DNA of 64,000 nucleotides from Candidatus Latescibacterota bacterium. GTDB taxonomy: Bacteria > Latescibacterota > UBA2968 > GCA-2709665. The position numbers and the translations under genes were made by a program. The notes beneath the pieces are model-generated. The model searched no databases. It was not told the DNA's origin and saw nothing but the letters and a program-made list of their open reading frames with translations. This document shows positions 38,894 to 47,749 of the stretch, piece by piece; positions within the stretch are counted from its first letter, which is position 1, and every line of letters begins with the position of its first letter. The stretch is from positions 1,696,001 to 1,760,000 of the forward strand of contig OZ241917.1 in the NCBI GenBank assembly GCA_965203805.1. Reading direction: 5' to 3'.

Positions 38894-39649
38894 TCACGGG
38901 GCTTGATTCGATGCCGGTCGGCGGGTTCCCCGGTCACCACGGGAATGCGATATTGCAACCAGGTGCGCAAACACGCGGTCCCACACCGTACCGGGCAGCG
39001 CTTCGGGGTGAAACTGAACGCCGATGATGCGTCCATCTTCCGTCTCGATCCCCTCTATGACGCCATCCTCGCTTACCGCATTCACGCGGAGTCCGGCCCC
39101 GGGCCCCTCGATGGCCTGGATATGCGAGCTGTTCACCTCCAGCGCGTCGCCCGGCCGGCCGGTCAGTCGGGCAAGCCAGGTATCTTCCATCGTCATCACA
39201 TCGTGCCGTACCGGTCGCCCTCCCGTGCGCCTGGCGGAGTGGGCGCGTTTGCCAAGCTGGACCTGCAGATCCGCGTATATCGCGCCGTCAAACCGGGCAT
39301 TGATGAACTGCATGCCGTAGCAGATTCCCAGTATGGGCAGATCCTGCTCCCGGGCGTAGCGGAATGTCCAGGCATCCGTCCGTGCACGGATCGGGTCGAC
39401 GGGCGGCAGGTCGTCGGGAAGCGCGCCGATCAACCCTTGCGTTATGCCGGGACCGCCCGTAATGATCAGTCCGTCGATCAGACGCAGCACCGGCGCAAGC
39501 GCTTCCCGGCGTTCGACCATGGGCAGTAACACCGGACAACCCCCGGCCCGCTCCACCGCGCACACGTATGCGCGCCCGACCTCCTGGCGGGATTCGCCCC
39601 CGTTCCACGTCCTGACGCTCGTGGTGATACCGATTACCGGCCGTGACAC
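38894..39649 (-). CDS. Peptidase C26 / gamma-glutamyl-GABA hydrolase (PuuD-like)
   Basis: RPVIGIT, PILGICYGMQ, VNSSHIQ and GVQFHPE motifs. Confidence 0.9.
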   Translation of the reverse strand: MSRPVIGITTSVRTWNGGESRQEVGRAYVCAVERAGGCPVLLPMVERREALAPVLRLIDGLIITGGPGITQGLIGALPDDLPPVDPIRARTDAWTFRYAREQDLPILGICYGMQFINARFDGAIYADLQVQLGKRAHSARRTGGRPVRHDVMTMEDTWLARLTGRPGDALEVNSSHIQAIEGPGAGLRVNAVSEDGVIEGIETEDGRIIGVQFHPEALPGTVWDRVFAHLVAISHSRGDRGTRRPASNQAP

Positions 39650-39675
39650 GCGTTTCTCCAGTCGTTTCGACGGCC

Positions 39676-40392
39676 TCAGGATACCATCAACCGGAAGCCG
39701 ATCACGAGCACAAGGGCCAGGATCGCCCTGTTGAACCATACAACGGACAACCGCGTATTCATCAGGATACCGATCCCCACGCCCGCGGCAAGTGTTGGCA
39801 GCATAAAGAGATCCATTCGCCAGACTTCGATGCCAAGGAGGCCCAGCTTCGCATAGGCCAGCGCCTTCATGGTGTTCAGGGCCAGCCCGACCAGCACCGC
39901 GGTGGACACAAACACACGTCCGCTCAGTCCCTGAGGGATCAGGTACAACATCAAAATGATGCCGCCGGAATGGGTGAGTACCGAAACGACACCCAGCGCG
40001 ACCCCGGCGGTAAGGCCCGAGACGGACGGCAGCGGCGGCAGGCGGTCCCGGAAGGCCTGCAACAACCCGAATAGACACGCCAGTCCACCCAGCATCCTTC
40101 GGAACCAGATTTCCGGGATCACGTCCAGCAACACCCAGCCAACCAGCACCCCGATCGCCATACCCGGAAGCAGAATGATTGCAAACCTGGCAACCCGGTA
40201 CTTCCAGTAAAATCTGATGGCAATCAGATCCGCCGCCAGCGACAGCGGAAGCATGACGCCCAGCGCCAGCTTGGCCGGGATCACAAGCGCCAGCAGCGGC
40301 GTCACCACGACGCCCACGCCGCCGCCGAACCCGGCTTTCATGATGCCGATGAGCAGGCCCGCCAGGGCCAGAACCAGATGCGTAACGTCCAG
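39676..40392 (-). CDS. Sulfite exporter TauE/SafE family membrane protein
   Basis: KAGFGGG, TPLLAL, HSGG and multiple TM helices. Start extended to a probable CTG (see findings); first ATG at 40341. Confidence 0.8.
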   Translation of the reverse strand: MDVTHLVLALAGLLIGIMKAGFGGGVGVVVTPLLALVIPAKLALGVMLPLSLAADLIAIRFYWKYRVARFAIILLPGMAIGVLVGWVLLDVIPEIWFRRMLGGLACLFGLLQAFRDRLPPLPSVSGLTAGVALGVVSVLTHSGGIILMLYLIPQGLSGRVFVSTAVLVGLALNTMKALAYAKLGLLGIEVWRMDLFMLPTLAAGVGIGILMNTRLSVVWFNRAILALVLVIGFRLMVS

Positions 40393-40585
40393 ATGGCCCC
40401 CTGTCTCTGGCGACTACCGGGCTCCGGTACCGCTATGGCAGACGACAACTGCAAACCGACTGCATGCACCGGACGTTGTGGGGAAAAGGTCCTTCAAGCG
40501 CCCGGACGACAGAATTGCAAAGTATAACATACGCGGAAACCGGTGAAAAGACAAAACCGAGCCTCTTTCGCCGGCGGCGTCGAGC

Positions 40586-40614
40586 TTGACAGCCCCCATA
40601 ATTCTGAATATGTT
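40586..40614 (+). promoter_or_regulatory. Sigma70 promoter of the YkgJ-family gene
   Basis: TTGACA-17 nt-TATGTT. Confidence 0.55.
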
Positions 40615-40749
40615 TGGCCCGGGAAACGCGATTCAACCGCACGGGAATACTGGCGCCAACGCGCAGCGTACATTGCACGCGCACCTCCCGCGGCAAGCCG
40701 GAGCAAAGTGCTCCGCGCAACATCACACCCGGTAGCCGGGAGTCAGGTC

Positions 40750-41295
40750 ATGGCGAAGACCTGGAAACGCCTTCTCAGATTCCGTTGCACCTGCTGCGGA
40801 AACTGCTGCAGGGAACCCATCGCTCTGGTTACGGACGAAGACATCCGGCGCATCGTGCGCCATACGGGACGGACCGCCGGAAACGTCGTCGAATTCTATA
40901 CTTCGGATGAAATTGAATGGAGCCTCTCGAATCCGGGATGGATCCGACTCCGGAATGACCAACGCATCATGGGCTTGCGCCGGAACGAACGCGGGTGCCG
41001 GTTTCTGGGAAGAGACGACCTTTGCACCATTTATGAATTCCGTCCGGTGACCTGTCGCCGGTATCCGTTCAACGTCGAATTCGACGATCGCGGCGACGTC
41101 GAATTCCTGGGTATCAGCGACGCCGTAGAATGTCCGTACGAACTGGACGGCGAAAACTCGCTCATGCAAATCAAGGCCGTGTGCGATTGGGAAGAATCAG
41201 AGGAACAAGCCTACTTCGAGCGGTTGGAATCATGGAACAGGAGGGAACGGGCAGGCGGAACGCGTGAGTTCCTGCGGTATCTGGGATTCGATTGA
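40750..41295 (+). CDS. YkgJ family cysteine-cluster (CxxCxxCC) protein
   Basis: FRCTCCGNCC, CRFL, CTIYEFRPVTCRRYPF. Start at MAKTW. Confidence 0.88.
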   Translation: MAKTWKRLLRFRCTCCGNCCREPIALVTDEDIRRIVRHTGRTAGNVVEFYTSDEIEWSLSNPGWIRLRNDQRIMGLRRNERGCRFLGRDDLCTIYEFRPVTCRRYPFNVEFDDRGDVEFLGISDAVECPYELDGENSLMQIKAVCDWEESEEQAYFERLESWNRRERAGGTREFLRYLGFD

Positions 41296-41373
41296 TGAGC
41301 GAGGTGGTTGTGTATTTGCGGTCTGCCCCCTGGGGTCCGGGCGGCACGGGCTTCGGTGCGGCGGGAAACCGCT

Positions 41374-42183
41374 TCAATGCCGCGTCTGCCGGCAGCGCCG
41401 CAACGCCGTTCGCTTCAGTTTCCGAAGCACACAAAACAGCCAGCGTACGTCTTTGATGACCGGCAAGCGAAAGTAAAGCCCGAGTCCGTATTTGCGCCGC
41501 ACGGACCAGATCGCCCGGTCGTCGGACTCCTTGCGGCTGATGCTGGCGTCATGGATCCGGTAAGCGTAGAGGGGCCGCGGCACGTAATGTCCGCATCCGC
41601 GGTGTCTCTGGACGACGTTCAACCAAAGATCCCAATCCTGATAACGCCGAAGGGACTCGTCAAACCCGGGAAAGCTGCTTGCCCGCAGCAACGCGGCGAG
41701 ATCGACATAATTGCCTCTGCGCAACCTTGCCGGCTCGAAGGGTCCGGATATCCTGACTCCCTCGGGTTCCGGATGCCAGGAGCCGTCCCCTTCCGTGAAG
41801 TTGGTGCGATCGCAATACACGAAATCCAGACCCGGCCGCGCCGCCGCGTGGAGCGCATCCAGGAATTCGGGCGCCATAAAGTTATCCGCGTCGAAGAAGA
41901 CCACCCATTCGGCCGAGACCTGAGCGAAGCCGAAATTGCGGGATCTGTTCGCGTTCTGAAACCCGACACGGTGGTATTCCACGTCCCGAAACTGCCGGGC
42001 GACCGCCTCGGTCTCGTCGGTGCTGGCATCGTCCACGACCAGAACGGTCGCCGGTTTCAACACCTGCGCCTCAATCGAACGCAGGCATTGCCGCAGGTAT
42101 CGGCCGTAATTGTGACAGGTGACGATAATTGCAATATCGGCCTTGCGCTCCGGTTCCATCCCTAACCGTCCGTTGATCGTCAT
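41374..42183 (-). CDS. GT2 glycosyltransferase
   Basis: HNYGRYL, VVDDASTD, FFDAD and QDWDLW motifs. Confidence 0.88.
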   Translation of the reverse strand: MTINGRLGMEPERKADIAIIVTCHNYGRYLRQCLRSIEAQVLKPATVLVVDDASTDETEAVARQFRDVEYHRVGFQNANRSRNFGFAQVSAEWVVFFDADNFMAPEFLDALHAAARPGLDFVYCDRTNFTEGDGSWHPEPEGVRISGPFEPARLRRGNYVDLAALLRASSFPGFDESLRRYQDWDLWLNVVQRHRGCGHYVPRPLYAYRIHDASISRKESDDRAIWSVRRKYGLGLYFRLPVIKDVRWLFCVLRKLKRTALRRCRQTRH

Positions 42184-43169
42184 CGCGAAGAGGCCTGCCC
42201 TCTCGCCTTGCGCAGCAGTTCGACCTGGTATTCCAGACCGAGCAATCCCTCTTCTCCTGTAACGACGGCCCGACGGCCCGTGCCGCGCACGTTGGAAACG
42301 AATGCCTCGACCAGAATGTGGAGAAAATCGTCACATTCCAACGATTCACTCCCGTGGAGGAGCCGCGCGCGATAGATTCCACACGTATCCGCGTACCCTT
42401 CCCAATCCACCATGAATCCGTTGACACCAAACCGCCGCGCCGGATCGCCCTCGTCGATATCCCGCAATACCAGATCTATCGAGCAGGTGCCGCGGGTGCC
42501 GACGTAGTCGAAGCTCGCCCGATTCTCACGCTCTTGGATTTCGCAGAACGCCGATGCAGCATCCATCGTGCCGTCCGGAAGAAAGCCGATCACCAGGCTC
42601 AAGGCGTGCGGAGCGACGTCGGCCCAGATTTCCTCGAAATATTTCGGCCCTCTCCGGCCCTTCACCTCCATCTCCATCGAAATACGGGTCACGTCGTCCC
42701 ACGACCCGCGGACCCGCTCGTAAAGCGCCTTGTAGTGCGGGATGCCCGCCGGATACTGCGCGGACACCCCAAGCATTCGACCGGCGTCCCGTGCACTCGC
42801 CACGATCGCCCGTCCGTCTTCGAGAATCTCGTCCAATGCTTTTTCCCGGTCCCAGCAGAACGGCTTTTCGCAAAGAACGTGTGCCCCGGCGTCGAGGGCC
42901 GCAAGCGCGTGATCCCTGTGCATCGGATACGGGCTCGTTACCGCGACAATGTCAGGGGCTTCCACCCGAAGCATCGCCTCCACGTCCACGTACGCCCGGC
43001 CGCTGAATCCGAAATACGACGCCAGCCGTGCGCGTGTGCGATCGCACGACTCGCGCGAAGTGCCGGCGAACGCAACCACCTCGCACCCGGAGAGATCGTA
43101 CCACCGGGCGTGATGCTGGCCGATACCGCTGGCGCCGATGACCGCGACTCTGAGAGGCCTGTTGTTCAT
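42180..43169 (-). CDS. Gfo/Idh/MocA oxidoreductase
   Basis: VAVIGASGIG and HVLCEKP motifs. Start at MNNRPL. Confidence 0.85.
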   Translation of the reverse strand: MNNRPLRVAVIGASGIGQHHARWYDLSGCEVVAFAGTSRESCDRTRARLASYFGFSGRAYVDVEAMLRVEAPDIVAVTSPYPMHRDHALAALDAGAHVLCEKPFCWDREKALDEILEDGRAIVASARDAGRMLGVSAQYPAGIPHYKALYERVRGSWDDVTRISMEMEVKGRRGPKYFEEIWADVAPHALSLVIGFLPDGTMDAASAFCEIQERENRASFDYVGTRGTCSIDLVLRDIDEGDPARRFGVNGFMVDWEGYADTCGIYRARLLHGSESLECDDFLHILVEAFVSNVRGTGRRAVVTGEEGLLGLEYQVELLRKARGQASSR

Positions 43170-43410
43170 GGACTCCAACCCAATAGCGAGTTTAAAGTCG
43201 GTTTCACGTAAAATAGAAATCCTCGATATCGTATCCAATTATTTTTTTCTTCGCTGTGCGCGAGTCCGTCGCAATCCGCGGCGCGAGGTGATCGGTCGCG
43301 TGAGAACCAACTCTTGACGTGGTCGCTCGCTGCGGCTTCCGGTCCGCAAGGAAGACCGTCCTGCTGACGCGCGAGATGGTCTTCATGTTTATGGGCGGTA
43401 AAGGAACTCC

Positions 43411-43438
43411 TTGTTTTTTTTTTGCTTTTTGATATTAT
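43411..43438 (+). promoter_or_regulatory. Putative original ferritin promoter, now separated from ftnA by the IS
   Basis: TTGTTT-16-TATTAT with extended -10 (TGa-TATTAT), immediately left of the IS target duplication. Confidence 0.4.
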
Positions 43439-43442
43439 TAGA

Positions 43443-45123
43443 CCCGACCTATTCATGAAATTGACCGGAACAGTATTTTTGGAAGTAGGAAGTGTTCTGT
43501 AGAAGAGAAAACAATAGAATGAGGTGTTGTTGGCGGGTTGATGAGTGATTTTGGTTGGGCCGTCAGCATCAAGGGGTGTCGAGTTCGTGAATTTGTGGTT
43601 TGAGAGGACGGACGGATGCCTTGGTCTTACCTGGCGGCTATGATCAAGGGATGGCGGGACCTGCGTGAAGCGGCGTTATGGAACTGCCATTGCCAAATTA
43701 CAGAGGATGGTGTCATAGAGGTGTTTCAAGGGAAATGAGGTTGGCAAATGGAGTTTGATTTTGGTTTTGAGTTCGGACACGCTCCCTGCGACTTTGAGGA
43801 TGCGATTCTGAATGGTATTAAACTGGGCGTGCGTCCATTGGGTGGTCCGGAGTCCTTTTTCGGTAAGGGTGTGCATCAAGACATAAGCGGCACTATGCAG
43901 CAGGAGACGGAAGTGATTGGCTTCGAAGGTGTGGCAGGAGGTGCGATCGGAATGGAGAAAGGTTTTGTGATTCTTGATGAAGTTTTCCATCCTGCCGCGC
44001 GCACAATAGACGGTTTTGTAGATGAATGAGGGCTGGCTACTTTTCAGGTTGGTGACGACAAAGCGTGTATTGGCTTGCCCCGAGGCGGTGATTTCAGCTT
44101 TGTAGATGATGCGTCTTGGCACGGCCCAAGTCGTTGCCTGGTAATCGAAACTGGCAAATAACTGCACGGGCTGTCCGGTTTCCCGATACCGGGCCTTTGC
44201 CTGCTCGATCAACGCGTGTCCCCGTTGTGCAAGCCTGGCATTGCCCGTCTGTCCCAGCGTAAAATACACCGCTTGCTCGTCGCAAAAGTCGTGGACCTCA
44301 GGACAGGAAAAATGGCCATCGCCACGTAAATAGATACCCACGTCCGGCCACGCCTCACGAAGCATTTTCACCAGTCGCTTGAGAATGCTGACAATCTGTT
44401 TGCCGGTAGGACGGGCGCCCGGACGCAAAAGCGTCGTGATCAGTCTTCCTGTCCGGCCTTCATAAATGTGCAAGGGACAATAACAGCGTTCATTGTAATA
44501 GCCATTGAAAAACGACAACTGTTGCTTGCCGTGAACCTCGTCATCGGTGTCATCGATATCCAGAACGACCCCTTCGGGAGGCCTATCGTAGGACGCGATG
44601 AATCCGTCCACAAGGGCCTCGGCAATGCGATATAAGTCCCGGCGACGAATGCCGTTTTCCAATCGACTCATCGTGGGTTGGCTGGCCAACGGCGCCCCTG
44701 ATATCGGCAACCGATCACAGGCCGCCTTGAACGCAGGGTCAAAGCGCAGCAAATTGCAATCGTTCGCATCCTCATACGCGCACGCGATCTGAAAGACACG
44801 CTGGCTGATCAGATCCGCCATCGGGTGATCCACGTAACTGGGATGCCGACGGTCCGGCAACGCCTCGACGATCCGAGACAGGATGCCGTTTTTGGACTCC
44901 ACCTCTCGAAGCAGCATCAAACCCATATCGCTGGTGAGCACACCGCCATCGAAGACCGCTTCTACCTGCTTGCCAGAAATACTTGCGAAAGGAAGTGCGG
45001 CTTGTTTATCTTGAACTTCCACGGTAGTTTCCTCCTGTTTCATTGTGTTATGGTTATTTGCGTAACCACAATATAATACAATGACTTGGGTATGGAAACT
45101 ACCTTTTTTGTGAATAATTGGGG
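43443..45123 (-). mobile_element. IS1380-family insertion sequence (1681 bp), intact
   Basis: Imperfect IRs CCCGACCTATTCA / CCCCAATTATTCA (10/13), 5-bp direct repeat TTAGA at 43438-43442 and 45124-45128. Visibly more AT-rich than the flanks. Confidence 0.9.
43676..45043 (-). CDS. IS1380-family DDE transposase
   Basis: FDGGVLTSDMG, YEDAND, ASQPTMSRLEN, LDIDDTDD, LRGDGHF and RGRMENFIK motifs. Confidence 0.95.
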   Translation of the reverse strand: MKQEETTVEVQDKQAALPFASISGKQVEAVFDGGVLTSDMGLMLLREVESKNGILSRIVEALPDRRHPSYVDHPMADLISQRVFQIACAYEDANDCNLLRFDPAFKAACDRLPISGAPLASQPTMSRLENGIRRRDLYRIAEALVDGFIASYDRPPEGVVLDIDDTDDEVHGKQQLSFFNGYYNERCYCPLHIYEGRTGRLITTLLRPGARPTGKQIVSILKRLVKMLREAWPDVGIYLRGDGHFSCPEVHDFCDEQAVYFTLGQTGNARLAQRGHALIEQAKARYRETGQPVQLFASFDYQATTWAVPRRIIYKAEITASGQANTRFVVTNLKSSQPSFIYKTVYCARGRMENFIKNHKTFLHSDRTSCHTFEANHFRLLLHSAAYVLMHTLTEKGLRTTQWTHAQFNTIQNRILKVAGSVSELKTKIKLHLPTSFPLKHLYDTILCNLAMAVP

Positions 45124-45249
45124 TTAGACTCCCTCGTCTGTCGAGTCATCGTCGAATAAATCCGCTGAGCCGTCACGCAACGACGTCGCGCGGACCCGGA
45201 GTATCGCATTCGTTTCTGCTTTGCTCTTCCGTCCGCAAGGAGGACGTGG

Positions 45250-45759
45250 ATGATCAAAGAGAATGTCCAGGCCGCCTTGAACGAACAGTTGAATTCCGAG
45301 CTGTACGCCTCGTATTACTATCTTTCGATGTCCGCCTACTTTCATGCCTCCAACCTGACGGGATTCGCCTCCTGGATGCGCGCGCAGGCCCAGGAGGAAT
45401 TGATGCACGCCATGAAAATCTATGACTTTATCAACGACCGGGAGGGCGAGGTGGTCCTCACTACGGTCGCGGCGCCCAACCAGCAATGGGATGACTCCCT
45501 GGCGGCATTCGAAGATGCCTTTCAGCACGAGAAGGCGGTGACCGCCCAGATATACGACCTGGTGGACCTGAGCGTCAAGGAAAGAGACCACGCCACCAAC
45601 ACTTTCCTGCAGTGGTTCGTCACCGAACAGGTTGAAGAAGAGGCCACCGCAAGCGACATCGTCAACAAGCTGAAACTCGTCGGCAACGACGGCAATGGCC
45701 TGTTCATTCTGGATCGTGATCTGGGTGCTCGAGGACCGGAAACCGAAGAAGAGGATTAG
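45250..45759 (+). CDS. ftnA: Non-heme bacterial ferritin
   Basis: ELYASYYYLSMS, QAQEELMHA, HEKAVT and FLQWFVTEQVEEE motifs; AGGAGG SD. Confidence 0.95.
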   Translation: MIKENVQAALNEQLNSELYASYYYLSMSAYFHASNLTGFASWMRAQAQEELMHAMKIYDFINDREGEVVLTTVAAPNQQWDDSLAAFEDAFQHEKAVTAQIYDLVDLSVKERDHATNTFLQWFVTEQVEEEATASDIVNKLKLVGNDGNGLFILDRDLGARGPETEEED

Positions 45760-45837
45760 ACAGTAAGGCCGTCCGGCTGTGCCTCCGGCGAAATGATTCA
45801 TTATGATTTCTTCGCAGAAAAAATCTTCTTTCCTGTA

Positions 45838-45866
45838 TTGACAAATCTGCAATCGTATGTTATCTT
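45838..45866 (+). promoter_or_regulatory. Strong sigma70 promoter about 480 nt upstream of the sigma factor gene
   Basis: TTGACA-17 nt-TATCTT with TGn extension. Confidence 0.65.
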
Positions 45867-46343
45867 GCTATTTCACAGGGCTTTCTGTTCATAGAAAGTC
45901 CAGAAAGCGAATTTGGTAATCGGAGTCGAACGCGGTTTCAGCCGTCACCCCTCGGCATTGAAACTTTGATTCCGGCGAACAACAACGCTCCGGCCGGGTA
46001 CGCCCCGGGCGGAGCACCTTGGATTCCTTACCAGGAAGTCGAATCGGGAAACGTTACCCCTAACTGGTTCCCGGCTGAATCTTCAGCTTTCCCCGCGGGT
46101 TCAACGCCTCGCCCCAAGAGGGGTTGAACTTTCCGAAGTTTCCTTCTCCCTTTTTCATTTGCTCCCCTTTGCAGACTGTGTTGTTCACGTTCATGGTCGG
46201 CACTTTCGAACCTGTGTGTCGCGGGTAGTGTGTTTTGCCCGACCAGGATCTGTCCGCGCGCGAGTCCCGGTCGTTTCCGGATGGATCGACGTGACGCCGG
46301 GTACCGGCACGCAGCCGACCGCACCATTGTCTGGGGGAAAGAA

Positions 46344-47225
46344 ATGCCTGCAACAGCAACGAGCCAGCAGAATGGAATCTCGTCACGGGGAAAAAAGCGG
46401 TCAGCACTCGAGCTCTATCTCAAGGACATCGCCTATAACGACTTGCTGACGCCACAACAGGAAGTGGCACTGGCCAAGCGTATCCGGGCCGGAGACCGCA
46501 AGAGCCTGGAACAGATGGTCGAGTCCAACCTCCGGTTCGTCATCACCATCGCCAAGGAATATCAGGGTCGCGGATTGCCCCTCGAAGATCTGATTGCCGA
46601 GGGTAATCTGGGGCTGGTTCGCGCGGCGACGCGGTACGATGAAACAGTTGGTGTCAAGTTTACTACCTATGCTGTCTGGTGGATCCGGCAGGGCATTCTC
46701 TCATCGCTTGCGGAAAAGGCCCGTATGGTCCGCCTGCCGGTGAACAAGATCAAACATCTGTGCCGGATGGAGAGGATTGCCTCGAACCTCAAACAGAAAC
46801 TTGGCAGAGAACCGAGCATCGACGAGATCGCGGTGGGGGCGGACATGCAGCCCAAACAGGCGCAGGACCTGCTGAACGCGTCGCGTTGGCACGTGTCCCT
46901 GGATATGCCGCTGGAAGAGGGCCCGGATTCGTCTCTGCTCGAAGTGCTCGAAGACAAGGACCAGGTATCGCCCGAAAACGAAGTGATGGAACAGGCGATG
47001 GCCGAAGAAATCCGAGCCGCGCTGGATTCCCTGTCTTCCCGCGAAGCGCGTATCTTGCGTCTCTATTTCGGCATCAATGGCCAGGACACCATGACACTGG
47101 AACAGATCGGCAATCAACTCAGCCTCACCAAGGAACGCGTCCGGCAGATTCGGGACAAAGCCCTTGCCGCGCTTAAACATCCGTCGCGAATGCGTAAGAT
47201 CCGCGCATACCTTACGGAGAACTGA
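46344..47225 (+). CDS. RpoD/SigA-like sigma70 factor lacking region 1.1
   Basis: YLKDI, NLRFV, DLIAEGNLGL, KFTTYAVWWIRQ and TLEQIG..LTKERVRQI motifs. Start at MPATAT. Confidence 0.93.
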   Translation: MPATATSQQNGISSRGKKRSALELYLKDIAYNDLLTPQQEVALAKRIRAGDRKSLEQMVESNLRFVITIAKEYQGRGLPLEDLIAEGNLGLVRAATRYDETVGVKFTTYAVWWIRQGILSSLAEKARMVRLPVNKIKHLCRMERIASNLKQKLGREPSIDEIAVGADMQPKQAQDLLNASRWHVSLDMPLEEGPDSSLLEVLEDKDQVSPENEVMEQAMAEEIRAALDSLSSREARILRLYFGINGQDTMTLEQIGNQLSLTKERVRQIRDKALAALKHPSRMRKIRAYLTEN

Positions 47226-47230
47226 GCATC

Positions 47231-47665
47231 GTGGCACAAGATACGGCCAACAACCCGGAAGCTTCTTTAAGGGGCGCCGTGTCCCCGGTTCTGGACATCG
47301 TCGGGGTGCATCACATCACCCTCGTCGTGCGCAACGTGAATAAGTCCAGGTCCTTTTATGAGAAATTTCTGGGCCTGGACCCCATTCCGCGGCCCGATTA
47401 CGATTTCGAAGGCGCCTGGTATCAATGCGGAGGCGTGGAAATACACCTCCTTGTTGCGGAAGAACACCCGGATCCGTCGAGGCGCCACATCGCGCTTGAA
47501 GTCACCGACTTTGAGCGCGTGATCAAATCTCTCGATGGCGAGTGGGTGCACGTCGTGGGCGGTCCGGGCGTCAGAACACACGACGGAAGCCGGTTCGTGT
47601 TTCTCCAGGACCCCGATGGAAATCTGATAGAAATCACCTGCAGGAGGTCAAAAAAGAAAGATTGA
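47231..47665 (+). CDS. VOC/glyoxalase family protein
   Basis: HHITL, FYEKFLGL, HIAL and DPDGNLIEI motifs. Confidence 0.9.
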   Translation: MAQDTANNPEASLRGAVSPVLDIVGVHHITLVVRNVNKSRSFYEKFLGLDPIPRPDYDFEGAWYQCGGVEIHLLVAEEHPDPSRRHIALEVTDFERVIKSLDGEWVHVVGGPGVRTHDGSRFVFLQDPDGNLIEITCRRSKKKD

Positions 47666-47686
47666 ATTGCCGGTGAATGCAGAATG

Positions 47687-47726
47687 GGCAACGGGCCGCG
47701 ACAGCTGTCGCGGCCCGTTGCCTTTT
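47687..47726. terminator. Terminator between convergent genes (36-bp perfect palindrome)
   Basis: GGCAACGGGCCGCGACAGCTGTCGCGGCCCGTTGCC followed by TTTT on the plus strand. Confidence 0.8.
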
Positions 47727-47749
47727 CAGTTCGGCAGGCAAATAGGAAG

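Noticed and set aside
43204-43386. 60-aa minus-strand ORF next to the IS
   Set aside because: No properly spaced SD and no motifs; probably non-coding promoter region.
43336-45246. GTCCGCAAGGA(A/G)GAC hairpin present at ~43341 and again over the ftnA SD (~45231)
   Set aside because: Only two short copies, and the first lies upstream of the inferred promoter; cannot be distinguished from chance.
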